In this document: positions 49,216 to 60,800 of the stretch, one piece after another
Numbering within the stretch: the stretch's first letter is position 1
How the letters are laid out: each line of letters opens with the position of its first letter
Source of the DNA: Promethearchaeota archaeon
GTDB lineage: Archaea > Asgardarchaeota > Lokiarchaeia > Sigyniarchaeales > SOKP01
Direction: 5' to 3'
DNA: 64,000 nucleotides
Assembly: GCA_048940645.1 (NCBI GenBank)
Contig: JBHLOI010000007.1
Coordinates: 32,001 to 96,000, forward strand
The notes under the pieces: model-generated
Seen by the model: only the letters and a program-made list of their open reading frames with translations
The model's database searches: none
Told to the model about the DNA's origin: nothing
Translations under genes and position numbers: made by a program

Positions 49216-50208
49216 ATGAATAATAATCCTGATGATAATGACCCAAAAGACATTCAAGGATTAGTTGTATTTAAAGATGTTAAATCGCAACAAACTCAAG
49301 AACAAGAAGCAGTATCATTAGAATATATAGATCAAGAGAATAAAATAAAGTTAGTTTGTAAGCTAGAACCGTTTGGAGGCAATTACCTTTATTCACTTCT
49401 TATTATCAACCAAAGTATGGCCCCTATTACGGAAATTAAAATTCGAATAAGATATCCCGACTTTTTAATGCTCTGTAGGAGCAATCCTCCAAAGATTATT
49501 ATTGACTCTGATTTAATTGAAGAAAATGAAAAGCAGATTCGTATTGAATTTGAAAACTTAGGAGAAAATTCCCAAAAACAAATAAATACTTTTTTAACAC
49601 CATTGTCATTAGAAGAAAAGGGTGAAATTAGGTCATATGTTACTTACATAAATAATGCAGATTTTATACGAGCCCTTGACTCAGATCCTGTTAAAATAAA
49701 ATTTGATCCAATATCTATCGAAAGAAAAATTTTACCTAGTACTGAAGTACGTAACTTTCTTCAATTAGCTGATATCAAGCGAGGAATTAAGAGTGTCGGA
49801 ATAGGCATTGAAAATAATCCTGATTTTGATTATTTATTTTATCAACTCGAACAAACAATCCTAGATCAAAACTTTCAACTAATTACTAAAGATGATGATA
49901 AAAAAATTGCATGGTATTTCGGAACAGAATTAGTCTCAGGAGCTGATATACTAGTAATTGGACAGCTTAATTCAAATAAGATCGAGTTGTTGGTAGCTTC
50001 CCAAAATCCTCATATAATTATTTCTATTTTAACAAATTTCGTGACTGAATTTTCAAATCGATTAGTAATTGAAGATATAATAGAAACTTTAGACCAAATT
50101 TATGATTTAGAATGCGAATATTGTGGAACAGTCTTACCTTACTTCCCAAGAAAAGGGGAATCTGTTGAATGTACTAAGTGTAAATATGAAAAAATAATAT
50201 GGTCTTAG
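49216..50208 (+). CDS. Hypothetical protein: Ig-like sandwich + alpha/beta platform-like domain + zinc ribbon
   Basis: IINQS..PITEIKIRI beta pattern; C-terminal CEYCG...CTKC. Confidence 0.7.
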   Translation: MNNNPDDNDPKDIQGLVVFKDVKSQQTQEQEAVSLEYIDQENKIKLVCKLEPFGGNYLYSLLIINQSMAPITEIKIRIRYPDFLMLCRSNPPKIIIDSDLIEENEKQIRIEFENLGENSQKQINTFLTPLSLEEKGEIRSYVTYINNADFIRALDSDPVKIKFDPISIERKILPSTEVRNFLQLADIKRGIKSVGIGIENNPDFDYLFYQLEQTILDQNFQLITKDDDKKIAWYFGTELVSGADILVIGQLNSNKIELLVASQNPHIIISILTNFVTEFSNRLVIEDIIETLDQIYDLECEYCGTVLPYFPRKGESVECTKCKYEKIIWS

Positions 50209-50741
50209 TTTTTTAAGAATTAGTAATTTTATTTATCCTTAGAACTTGAAAACTTTATTAAATCTTGTTTTAATCTGCATTATCTTTCCTTATATCAGTC
50301 GGATCCTTAAAAAGATGGGAGATTTTTAGTAATTTGATTAATTCGCGTCAATTTTTCAATATTAATTAAAAGTTACTAACTTATTGAAAACACAAAAATT
50401 CCTAATCAAGCATCTCAGTATTTGATCAAATTTTTTATCTTTCTTAAAATGAACATGTTTTAGCGGAAAAGGAAGAAAGTTTACACTTTACTACATTCAA
50501 TAGTTTTAAAATTTAACGAAACTCGAATTTCCATAAAAAAATTCTAACTTTTACGAGATTGATCTTTTTACTATTTCTGAATTTTGTCGTGATATTTTTT
50601 TCATTTTATTCCTCATAAAATCATGTATGCATCAAAATCTTTAAATATATAGAAGATATATTACTATTTAACTAACCATTAAATAATAACAAAAATCAAT
50701 AAAAATATCAATATAAAAATAAAAAAGTGGAGGAATAGAAA

Positions 50742-50951
50742 ATGTCTGAATATATTAGTTGGAGTCCTATTAGAAGATTAATGAAGCATAATGGCGCTAT
50801 AATTGTTGCTCGTGATGCTGTGGATGAACTAGTTGATTGGATGGGCATGGCAGCAGAAAAAATAACTAAATCTGCCTTGAGTTTAACAAAGCATGCTAAA
50901 AGAAAGAAAGTAACTCGAGATGACATCCTATTAGCCATTAAATACTTTTAA
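50742..50951 (+). CDS. Archaeal histone (HMf-like, tailless)
   Basis: PIRRLMK..GA..VARDA...HAKRKKVTRDDI.LA; SD GGAGGA upstream. Confidence 0.95.
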   Translation: MSEYISWSPIRRLMKHNGAIIVARDAVDELVDWMGMAAEKITKSALSLTKHAKRKKVTRDDILLAIKYF

Positions 50952-51074
50952 AATAAATAGGAAAGAAACCATCCTAAATTTAATTTATTATTTTTTTTAA
51001 TTTTAAATTTTTTTTCTTGAGATTTAATTACTGTAAAGTGCAATCTAATTTTTTACAGTTCTGGATTTGTATTT

Positions 51075-51458
51075 TTATTCATGTTCAAGATGAAATAACA
51101 TATGCCCCTCATATTGAAAGTTATTTACACTTTTTAGGAGTGTTTCTAACTTAACATTTTCCGTTGTAAGTATGACAACCACTTCAAATTTACTTAATTG
51201 GAAAACCAAAACGCCGCCTTTAGACCCTTTAATATGTAAATAATTGAATTCTCCATTATCCATTTCATTATTTCCTCTCTTTCCTACTGCTAATATTGTA
51301 GCAGAAAGAGCAGATAACTGACTTTTATTAATACCTCTAGGTAGAGTAGATGCAATTGGTAAACCTTCGACAGAAAGCAAAATGACTCCCTTAATTGCTG
51401 AATTTGTATTTTGCAGACTAAATAAAAATTTTTCGACGTTTTCTGGATGATATCTCAA
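51075..51458 (-). CDS. Roadblock/LC7 domain protein
   Basis: GVILLSVEGLPIAS...LSALSATI...IKGSKG; start uncertain (TTG 51458 chosen). Confidence 0.85.
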   Translation of the reverse strand: MRYHPENVEKFLFSLQNTNSAIKGVILLSVEGLPIASTLPRGINKSQLSALSATILAVGKRGNNEMDNGEFNYLHIKGSKGGVLVFQLSKFEVVVILTTENVKLETLLKSVNNFQYEGHMLFHLEHE

Positions 51459-51525
51459 TATTAGTAGATAAGAAAAGTGAAAATAAATACATTTGTTCAT
51501 ACAATTTTCAAGCAAGAGGGCGAAA

Positions 51526-51957
51526 TTAAGGACTAATTAATATTTTCTTTTTATCATATTCATCTGGATCTCCACCACCTTCAAGGTATTCAGCGAACTT
51601 CTTTAAGTCATTTAATATAAATAGTATACCTCTTTCTAATATTTTTTCATGTTCCACGATTTTATAATCAATCCATGCAGATACTTCAGTTAAGTCACCT
51701 TTCGCTTTTAAAACATATCCGAATGAGGTAAAATACTCGCTTTCTGCTGTATTAGTAAATATTTCATTTTCTTTGCGCTCTATATTGGTATACGTATAAT
51801 TTCCCCCAGTAGATTTGATAAAACTTTCATTTGGCCCAGTTTGAGTGATTTCCTTCACGGTGGAATTCCATTTACGAATTAGGGAGATATCAGTTAAGCT
51901 ATTATAAATTATACTAGGTGGAGCATTTATCTCAATTCTACTTTCAACTTTAGCCAT
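51526..51957 (-). CDS. SRPBCC (START-like) family protein
   Basis: IEINAPPS.IY..LTD.....KWN; C-terminal LKKFAE helix. Confidence 0.85.
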   Translation of the reverse strand: MAKVESRIEINAPPSIIYNSLTDISLIRKWNSTVKEITQTGPNESFIKSTGGNYTYTNIERKENEIFTNTAESEYFTSFGYVLKAKGDLTEVSAWIDYKIVEHEKILERGILFILNDLKKFAEYLEGGGDPDEYDKKKILISP

Positions 51958-52302
51958 ATAATCATCTCATAGAATTTACAAAAAAGTAAGTTACTTTGGC
52001 TTTTATATTTTTGTCTATTATGACAAATTTTTTAAAATCCTCCTAATTTTAGGGTAGGAATTTGATAGAAGCTCAAAAAAGTAATATTAAAAAAAATTTT
52101 TTTGTCAAAAGTACTATATTGAGTCAACAACAATTATGTAGATTCAACAAGTTTATTAAGGATCATTTCTATAATAAAAATAACTAGTTGTTTCTGTGTT
52201 TTATATTTTCTGCTTATAAAAAATTAGAGATAATTTTCACAGAGATAGTTCATATAAGGCACAAAATTTAAGAGAAACTAGAGATAAACAAAGAGAAAAA
52301 AA

Positions 52303-53886
52303 ATGAAGATTCTATATGTAAATCCTGCTCGATTGGAAGCAGGGTTGGATGCCATCATTAAGGGTTCGCCCTTAAGCCTTATTTCAATTGCTGCCATGGT
52401 TCCTGAACATGATGCTAAATTATTTGATTTTAAAGTTGATAAATATCGTGAAAAGAGATTTCGCAGTGATTTAAACCGATATGACGTAGTTGCTATTACA
52501 AGTATGACACCCCAGATATATCACGCATTAGAGGTGGCACATATGGCCAAAGAACAAGGATGTCGTACAATACTAGGCGGATATCACCCTACTCTGGCAC
52601 CCGAATTCGTAGCACGGCAACCGGACGTAGATTTCACCATTAGAGGTGAGGGAGAACATACTTTTAAAGAAGTAATTGATTATCTTGATGGTAATAGAAA
52701 TAATATTGAATTAAATCAAATTGATGGCTTATCGTATAAGGATAAAGATGGAACAGTAAAACATAATAAAGAGCGTCAATTAGAATGCGATTTAGATAGC
52801 CTTCCTATGCCTCGAAGAGATTTATTAGACGATACAAAGTATATTTACTTAGGAGCAAGAGTAGCTCAGCTTGAAACGTCACGCGGCTGCCCACACAATT
52901 GTAAATTCTGTTGCATCATTAAAATGTGGAGGAATTCAAATAAACCTGTAGTTTATAGAACAAAATCAACTAAAAGGATAATGCGAGAAATTTATGATGT
53001 TGATTGGAAAAATGATTTTATCTTTTTCTGTGAAGATAATTTTACTATTAAAATAAAACGGACAAAAAAAATACTAGAGACAATGATTCGTTCAGGAGTC
53101 CCAAACAAAATTTATTTTTCCTGTCAATCCCGAGTTGATACATTATATCGAAATCCTTGGTTAGTTGATTTAATGCACAAGGCAGGCATGAGACAAGTAT
53201 TTTTAGGTATTGAGAGTGTGCACCAACAAAGCCTTGACGCTATGAATAAACAAAATACTACTCCAGAAATGGTTAAAGGTGTTGTAACTATGCTCCAGGA
53301 CCGAGGAATTTCAATATTCGGAGGTGTTATTATTGGATTTCCAGGTGAAACTAAAACAATGGTAAGACAAAATATTCAATTTGCTAGATCCCTTAATTTA
53401 ACCTGTATTCAATTTACTCCCATTACAGCATTTCCGGGAACTGAGTTCTACAATGAAATGTCAGAAAAAAAAATGATTACAACAAAGAATTATAGATACT
53501 ATGATTTATTTCATCCAATGATGCGTACAGAACAACTAACAACTAATGAAATATATGAATTAGTAGGCGAAGCATATTCTGCATATTATCTTAGTAAGGG
53601 TTGGCTTGGAATGCTCATAAAAAGATATACTAATCCTTTTGGTAAATTTAACTGGATGGGCCGAAATGTACCACGCTTTGCTAAAACTGTTATTAAAAGT
53701 GGAAATGATATGCTTCATTCAATGGGAATGAGTAAATCGATAATTTCTGATGAATTAAAAGAATTTATGGAAAATGGAATACCCAATACAACATTCATAC
53801 CTAAAAAATCTGATAGTTTAGACAAAAAAGGCGAACATATCACATTTATTAGAAAAGTACAAAAACCAGCAAAAATCGCCAATTAA
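52303..53886 (+). CDS. B12-binding domain radical SAM protein
   Basis: GGYHPT, RGEGE, SRGCPHNCKFC, EDNF, GIES, IIGFPGET. Confidence 0.93.
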   Translation: MKILYVNPARLEAGLDAIIKGSPLSLISIAAMVPEHDAKLFDFKVDKYREKRFRSDLNRYDVVAITSMTPQIYHALEVAHMAKEQGCRTILGGYHPTLAPEFVARQPDVDFTIRGEGEHTFKEVIDYLDGNRNNIELNQIDGLSYKDKDGTVKHNKERQLECDLDSLPMPRRDLLDDTKYIYLGARVAQLETSRGCPHNCKFCCIIKMWRNSNKPVVYRTKSTKRIMREIYDVDWKNDFIFFCEDNFTIKIKRTKKILETMIRSGVPNKIYFSCQSRVDTLYRNPWLVDLMHKAGMRQVFLGIESVHQQSLDAMNKQNTTPEMVKGVVTMLQDRGISIFGGVIIGFPGETKTMVRQNIQFARSLNLTCIQFTPITAFPGTEFYNEMSEKKMITTKNYRYYDLFHPMMRTEQLTTNEIYELVGEAYSAYYLSKGWLGMLIKRYTNPFGKFNWMGRNVPRFAKTVIKSGNDMLHSMGMSKSIISDELKEFMENGIPNTTFIPKKSDSLDKKGEHITFIRKVQKPAKIAN

Positions 53887-54051
53887 ATTTAATTAATTAT
53901 CCTATTTTTTATATTTTATAATTTATATGAATAAAATACCTAGTAGCTTTAATCTAAACATTTAAATTATTAAGTTAGCAGTTAGAAATTTGGATGCATC
54001 ATATTTTTTGATTAATACGTGATAAATTAGTTATTTTTAATATTTATCACA

Positions 54052-54088
54052 CTTTTTTTTTAAAAAAAAAAAAAATTTTTTTAAAAAC
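54052..54088. terminator. Homopolymeric T/A tracts between convergent genes (possible bidirectional terminator)
   Basis: Consecutive long T, A and T runs. Confidence 0.4.
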
Positions 54089-55534
54089 TCAAATTTTTCC
54101 TTCTTTTCGTAAACTTTCTAGATATGCTTTTTCTTTTTCTTGATGTATTTTATGTAGTTCAGCTTTCTGCTTTTTCCATTCAGGACCATGTAAGGGAAAG
54201 AATTTTATAGCAATAGCCGCTAAAAATATGAATATTGCTGGTACAATGCAAAATCCGATCATTATTCCTAGTTTTGCGTCAGGGCTTTGTGAAAGCCCCA
54301 ATTTAGCAAGTTCATTATCATATCCAAAAGCATCAATAATTAGTAGAAATAACCATGGTGCTAGAGATACAGCAGGTTTGGTTAACAAGGCATTAACCCC
54401 AGAATAGCTTGTTTCACGGCGTTTATTAGTTAAAACCTCATCATGATCTATTACATCCGCAATAAGCATCTGTCCAGTCATATAATAACCTGAAAATCCA
54501 ATTCCTAGCAAAATCATACCAATAATGGCTGTTTCAAAGAGCCAACCAATTCCAAAAAAAAGTATAAAACTTGATCCTATTAAAAAGAGAATTATCATGT
54601 ACACTTTTTTCAATTCATATTTGCGTAGAATTTTGTTATAAACAATTGTAAATGCGAAAACAAATAAAAAGAAAATCGCTAATGGTATCATACCCATAAT
54701 TCCTCCAAGTTCCAACACAGAACTAATGTAATAGAAAACAGCGGTAGTCAAAGTATACTGCGCTAAAGTAGTACAAAAATTTCCAGCTTCAAAAATTAGA
54801 AAAGGCTTATTTTTAAAAGTTTCAGTTAAACCTTTCCAATAACCTAATGGTTCTTCAAGTTGAGTATACTTTCTTTCTTTTATAAAATAACTACTCACAA
54901 ATAAAATTAAACCACAAATTATTCCTATGATTACCATACTAGTTAAGAAAATATTTATAGGTGGTGGTGGTACTGGAGTTAATAATAGTGTTGGAAGTAA
55001 AAATGTGATTAACGTCCCAAGAGCACTAAAAATTGATCCAAATACCATTATACTTGCACGAGCTTTCGAAGATATAGCCATTTCCGCCGGTAATGAATAA
55101 GTAATAAGACCTATCATTGTATAAATCGTATCAAAAGCATAAAGGATGATTAAATAGTTTAAAAATAAAGCTATTTCATCATTAACATTTACTAGTGGAA
55201 ACCAACATAACATAAATAGGATTGTATATATAGGTGATCCAAAACGAAGGTAAGGAATTCTTCTCCCATATTTTTTAGATTTGGTACGATCTTCTATAAA
55301 ACCAAAAAGTGGGTCATTTACTGCGTTCCATATTATAAATATGATCCAAGCTAATCCTGTCCAATATTCATCAAGTAAGAGAATATTATTATAATAATAA
55401 GTAATTGGTCCTAAACCTAAACCCGATAATATTCCACTTGCTAAAGTAGCTCCTCCAAAAGCAAATTTTGATTTTCCTGGAATTTTTTCCTCAATTTCTA
55501 TACTTACAGAATTAGTTTCTGTCATTTTTCTCAT
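54089..55534 (-). CDS. MFS transporter, GPH (MelB-like) family
   Basis: WNAVNDPLFGFIEDRT...GRRIPY, ADVIDHDE...RRE. Confidence 0.92.
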   Translation of the reverse strand: MRKMTETNSVSIEIEEKIPGKSKFAFGGATLASGILSGLGLGPITYYYNNILLLDEYWTGLAWIIFIIWNAVNDPLFGFIEDRTKSKKYGRRIPYLRFGSPIYTILFMLCWFPLVNVNDEIALFLNYLIILYAFDTIYTMIGLITYSLPAEMAISSKARASIMVFGSIFSALGTLITFLLPTLLLTPVPPPPINIFLTSMVIIGIICGLILFVSSYFIKERKYTQLEEPLGYWKGLTETFKNKPFLIFEAGNFCTTLAQYTLTTAVFYYISSVLELGGIMGMIPLAIFFLFVFAFTIVYNKILRKYELKKVYMIILFLIGSSFILFFGIGWLFETAIIGMILLGIGFSGYYMTGQMLIADVIDHDEVLTNKRRETSYSGVNALLTKPAVSLAPWLFLLIIDAFGYDNELAKLGLSQSPDAKLGIMIGFCIVPAIFIFLAAIAIKFFPLHGPEWKKQKAELHKIHQEKEKAYLESLRKEGKI

Positions 55535-55632
55535 AAATTATGTTAATTCTTTAAAATAATATTTTACGTTATTTTATAAAAATCTTTCAGAGTTGTATTC
55601 TTTAAATAGAATCATGTAAAGTCTTCCTTAAC

Positions 55633-57786
55633 ATGCAAACTCAAAAACTGGAGTATTTTAACGGCCCTTTCTTAAAAATGAATAAGGTATTTTATCGACA
55701 CTATCAAGAAAACATTGTTAAGAGATGTAATAATAAAAATACTCTGGTTGTTTTGCCAACTGGTTTAGGAAAGACAATTATTGGCATTTTACTTATCGCA
55801 AAATCATTAGAAAGGTATCCAAAATCAAAAATCATAATTTTAGCACCAACTAGACCATTAGTTTCACAACATAAATCATCATGCCAAAAATTCCTTGATA
55901 TTGAGATTGAAAACATTACTGCATTTACAGGAAAAATTCAGCCGGAAAAAAGAATACTTCTCTTTAATAATTCAAAAGTGATAATTTCTACTCCTCAAGT
56001 GATTAAAAATGATATTGAAAGAGGTAGATATAATTTAAACCATATTTCTTTATTAATTTTTGATGAAGGACATCGAACTAAAGGCAATTATGCTTATAAT
56101 TTCATTTCAAATGAATATATAAATACGTGTTCAGATCCACTAATATTAGCATTAACAGCATCTCCAGGTAAAGATTATTCATACATTCAACAATTATGCG
56201 ATAACCTATTCATTGAGAATGTTGTCTTCAAATCCTATGATGATGGGGATGTACAAAAATACATCTATGATATTGATACTTTTTTAGAGTTTGTAAATGT
56301 TCCAATTAAGGTTTTGGAAATCAGTGCTATCTGGTATAACTTATTTGAGAGACATTTAAGACTATTTATTGATTGGAAATTAATTCCCCCCAATAAAAAG
56401 TATTATTCAAAAGTAGAGTTTCTAGGAATAGCTCGGGATTTAACTTTATCATTAAGATATGAAAATGGTTATGAGCCAGATTTATCAGAGGATGATTATA
56501 TCAATTTATTATATCATCAAGCCCCAAAAGTTATTGATATAATTAGAGAAGAAGAACTTAATATTCAAACCATTTATTCTTATTGTTCTAGTTGTATTAG
56601 TCTTCTTCATGGTAAAGATTTGCTAGAAACCCAAAATTACTCATTATTTAAATCTTTCTTAGAAAGAATAAAATCAAAATCAGAAAAGGGTATATTATCA
56701 GCTAAAAGAATTATTCACTCAGAACACTATAAATTCATAGAAAGTTTGCTAGGAAATATAAAAGATGAACAGTTATCCCATCCTAAAATAGAAAAAGTGC
56801 TCTCAATAATTCAAGAGGAATCTCAAGAATACAACAATCATAAAATCTTGATTTTCACCCAATTTCGCGAAATGGCAGAACATCTAAAAAATAAAATTAC
56901 AAATCAATTTAAAGCAAATTTAAAAGTAGAGAAATTTATTGGTCAAGCATCTAAATTTAATGATTTTGGATTTTCTCAAAACAGGCAATTAGATATTCTT
57001 GACAAATTTAGATCGGGAGAAGTCAATATATTAATCGCAACTAGTGTGGCAGAAGAAGGTCTTGATATTCCAAATGTAGATGCAATAATTTTCTATGAAC
57101 CCGTTCCGTCTGAAATTCGTTTAATTCAAAGAAGAGGGAGAACTGGAAGAAATTCTTCAGGTAGATGTTACATTCTCCTTACTGAAGGAACAGTTGATGT
57201 GCCTTTTCATAAAGTTGCCACTCGAAAGGAAAAGACTATGAATTATATTCTTTCAAAACCCACAACTTTAGAATTATCCAAAAATCTTGAAAGGCATAAA
57301 ATTGATTTTCAAAAAAGTAAAATTTATGGTCATAGCTTAGACTTTATTAAACAACTTAAAGAACGTAAAGAAAAAGAAAAAGAAGTTCTTGCTGATCATT
57401 CGCTTGAAGATATAATTACAGAAATTGATAATTTTGCTAACAGTAGTGAATATCAAGAATTAAAAGAATATGGAATAATAAATTTCAATGATATAATTAA
57501 GTTAGATAAAGGTAAATTAAAAAAGTCTCTACTAAAAATAAAATTGAACAAAAGTAATCAATCTAAGAAAAGGATTCCTCATATAAATAAGAAAATAAGA
57601 ACTCTCATAAATATAATAAAAATTTATGGGCAAAATGGAATACTTAACTTTTCAACATTTCAGGATCTTGCCCGTGAAGAAGATATCTATGACGATAAAT
57701 TTTATATCCATTTTAATCAAGCATGCTATTTAGGTTATATTAGTAAACAAGCTGAAAAGGTCCAATTAATTTCGGATTGTGAATAA
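55633..57786 (+). CDS. hef: Hef/FANCM/Mph1-family SF2 helicase without an ERCC4 nuclease domain
   Basis: LPTGLGKT, PTRPLV.QH, DEGH, TASPG, TSVAEEGLDIP, QRRGRTGR. Confidence 0.9.
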   Translation: MQTQKLEYFNGPFLKMNKVFYRHYQENIVKRCNNKNTLVVLPTGLGKTIIGILLIAKSLERYPKSKIIILAPTRPLVSQHKSSCQKFLDIEIENITAFTGKIQPEKRILLFNNSKVIISTPQVIKNDIERGRYNLNHISLLIFDEGHRTKGNYAYNFISNEYINTCSDPLILALTASPGKDYSYIQQLCDNLFIENVVFKSYDDGDVQKYIYDIDTFLEFVNVPIKVLEISAIWYNLFERHLRLFIDWKLIPPNKKYYSKVEFLGIARDLTLSLRYENGYEPDLSEDDYINLLYHQAPKVIDIIREEELNIQTIYSYCSSCISLLHGKDLLETQNYSLFKSFLERIKSKSEKGILSAKRIIHSEHYKFIESLLGNIKDEQLSHPKIEKVLSIIQEESQEYNNHKILIFTQFREMAEHLKNKITNQFKANLKVEKFIGQASKFNDFGFSQNRQLDILDKFRSGEVNILIATSVAEEGLDIPNVDAIIFYEPVPSEIRLIQRRGRTGRNSSGRCYILLTEGTVDVPFHKVATRKEKTMNYILSKPTTLELSKNLERHKIDFQKSKIYGHSLDFIKQLKERKEKEKEVLADHSLEDIITEIDNFANSSEYQELKEYGIINFNDIIKLDKGKLKKSLLKIKLNKSNQSKKRIPHINKKIRTLINIIKIYGQNGILNFSTFQDLAREEDIYDDKFYIHFNQACYLGYISKQAEKVQLISDCE

Positions 57787-57801
57787 GATATAATTTGAAA
57801 A

Positions 57802-60800
57802 TCAGATTTTGTCTTGCTTCTTTCGCTTAATTAATAGATATAAAGCAAGTATTATTATTAAAACGAATAATAGTATAAATATAGCTGGTCCAGTAAAATT
57901 GAATAATGAGAGCGTAATAGATAATATTGCTGCTAGGAATGCAAATATACTATAATTTTGGCTTGCAAAACTCCTTAGGCGCCTCCAGAACATATAAAAT
58001 CTAAAATTCATCTTCTTCATAACCTCTAGTTCAGATTCATCTACTTTATTTAATAAATCTGGATTTTCATAATACAATCCAATACGAGGATCGTATTTTC
58101 CTTTTAATTTCCCTGAACTAATTAAAGAAATTAAATGTTCTTGAATTTTTTGTTTCTTTATATTTAATTCGTTCTGTAAAAAGCTTATTGTCAAATATTG
58201 GTCTGCCACAGCTTTAATCGCCATTGAAACATATGATTTGATTATCATCTCATCAAGAGATTTAACTTTCTCATACATTAAATCACGAAAACCTTTAATA
58301 AATAACTCAAAATCATCTAGTAAATACTTATTCTTGGTTTCGAAATTATTTGACTTTCTTTCATATTCTCTAACTAAGTTTTTTATGTTTTTTGAAACCT
58401 CTCTAATTTCTGCCTGGATTTTCTTTTCTCTTTTTTGTACTTTTGCATGAGCTCTTTTAAACTCTTTATATTCTATGTAGTCTTCAACTCTTGTCTGAAA
58501 TGTTCCTAATAATTGACTTAAACGTATTTTTATTTTATTTATTTTGTCTAACAATTCATTTCGGTAGGTATCATCCTTTAATATACTAATATCTTCAGTA
58601 ATTTTATCCAATTTAGCCTTGTAAAAAGCTCCAAATTCATTCTTTCTTGAGACATAAAATTCCCTTATTTCAGTTTCTAGCCGCTTGAAACTAGAATTTT
58701 TAGTTAGTGACCCTTTTAGTTTTTCATTAATCTTTTCCTCAATCCTTTTTACCTTAACATCAAATTTTGTTTTCTTAGATTCAAAATGTTCAATAGCTTT
58801 TACATAAGAACCAAAATTTTCAATATTTTCAAAAACTTTGATAAGATTATTTACAAAATCTAATGTTAATACATTATATTCTTCTGAAATAAAAATCTGA
58901 AACTCATTAAAGAAATTTAAATTGGCTTTTATTTTTTGAATTGCCATCTTTCCATTTGTTAATATATTTTCTAATTCTTTTTTAGTGTTAAGATTTTCTT
59001 CTCTCTCTTCAGTAATTTTAAGTTGGTTAACTTTATCTTCATATTGAATTCTAATTTTTTTCTCTAAATCTGAATATTCTGTGATTCTATTCTGTAGTTC
59101 TAGTATATTGACTGCTAATTTTTTATTCCTAACTCCGGAATCATATAGTGCTAAAATCTTTCCAATTTTTTCTTGATGAAATTTTAAAAGTTTAGTATCA
59201 ATATAGGTGTTTAATTCCTTGTTTTTGTAATAAGCATCATTATGAACAACCATTAATTTCTTTTCTTCATTTAAATCACCCTCGATTTTAGAAAATTCTA
59301 TCATTTCTTTAATGAGAGGTATTACTGCTTTACATTTTAAATTTAATTTATTTGCAAGCTCTCTTATATCTACTTTATTTGTTTTTTTTTCTTTGGTCCA
59401 TATCTCTATTTCACTAATGATAATTTGATTAACATAATTATCTTTTGAATTATTAATCTCAGTTGTAAGATAGTCATGAAATTTTTCCCATTGGATGATT
59501 GAAATAGAATTTTTATCAAAACTTTGTATTAATGTTTTTAAATCATTTAATTTTTTTAAAAAGATTTTATTCTTATCATCTAATTCTATGATTATTCTGT
59601 CAAAACCATCGATTACATCCTTGATTTTTATGCTTTTTGCTTCACCTAGTTTAGTTTTGTAAAATTTTAATCTAATCTTGAATCTTTGAATTTGTTCGGA
59701 TATAAAATTATCAAAATCTTCAATTTTAGCTCTATTTCTCTCTTCCAATACATCATCCTTCAGCGATTGAACTTGTTCTGCTACCAAGTTTATAATTGAT
59801 TCTTCTATTACATCCAAATTTTCTTTTAAATATTGAAATAGAAGGAACAGTTTTTGATTAGTTTTTGTTTGATCTGAGACGATTATTCTAAGCTCCTTTA
59901 TTTCCTTTATTTTTTGACTTAATAAACTTTCAGAATCCTTTTTAATAATCTCAAAAGCTTCTTTGAATTGATTTTGAGAAATTTTTTCATCCGCTTTTTG
60001 CTTTATATAAGATATTTCTTTTTTAATTTCATCATCAATCCCATCAATTTTTTCGCTTGTTTGTTCGAAAAATTTAAATCCTTCAGCATAATAACTAAAA
60101 ATTGACCCGAATTCTTCTTTTAAGTTAACCCAATTATCAATAATCTCCTTATGTTTTTTAAAAACTTTCTCTTCTTTTATCGTAATTTGTTGTGATATTT
60201 TATAAATCGTATGATCATACTTATCCACATAATTTGAGATTTTATTAAATTCCCCAATTATTAAATTGTAATTCTCGTTATTAAATCCAGATTCAAGCTT
60301 CTCTCTAAAATATTTTCTAAATGAATCTAATTCTTTTTTAATAAATTCCCCAACTTCAAAAATTCTATTTTCTAATTCATCTAAAATAGTATTAAATTTT
60401 TTTAATTCTTCTTTTTCGGAAATTTTTTCTTTTAAATATTTCTCAACTTCATTTAGCTTCTTCTGCATTATAGAGTATGCTATTTTCCATTGATTAATTT
60501 CAGTTGCTAATACTGCTTGAATATTGATATATATCATATCTTGACTAAATGAATTTTCAATATTTTCATTTAGAAAATCAGCTTCCAATAATGCATTTTT
60601 CAAGATAAATCTCAATCGTTCTTTTGCATAGTCTATTTCGTCTAGAAGTAAATAGGATTCAATTTCTTCTTTAATTTGCGTTGATGTATTTTTTAAAATT
60701 AAAGTCATATTATAGATATCGTTCTTAATATCGCCCAATTTTTCTTTTTCTTCAAATAATTTCTCTGTATTTATTTTCTTGTCCGAAGTTATAACATTAT

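Noticed and set aside
50209-50741. 533-nt intergenic region upstream of the histone as a possible ncRNA
   Set aside because: Very AT-rich with only weak A/T stems; consistent with promoter DNA (TTTAAATA near 50640)
50958-50976. TAGGA-N9-TCCTA stem-loop after the histone stop, suggesting a metazoan-type histone stem-loop
   Set aside because: Only 5 bp with a 9-nt loop, not the 6-bp/4-nt consensus; a T-tract terminator follows
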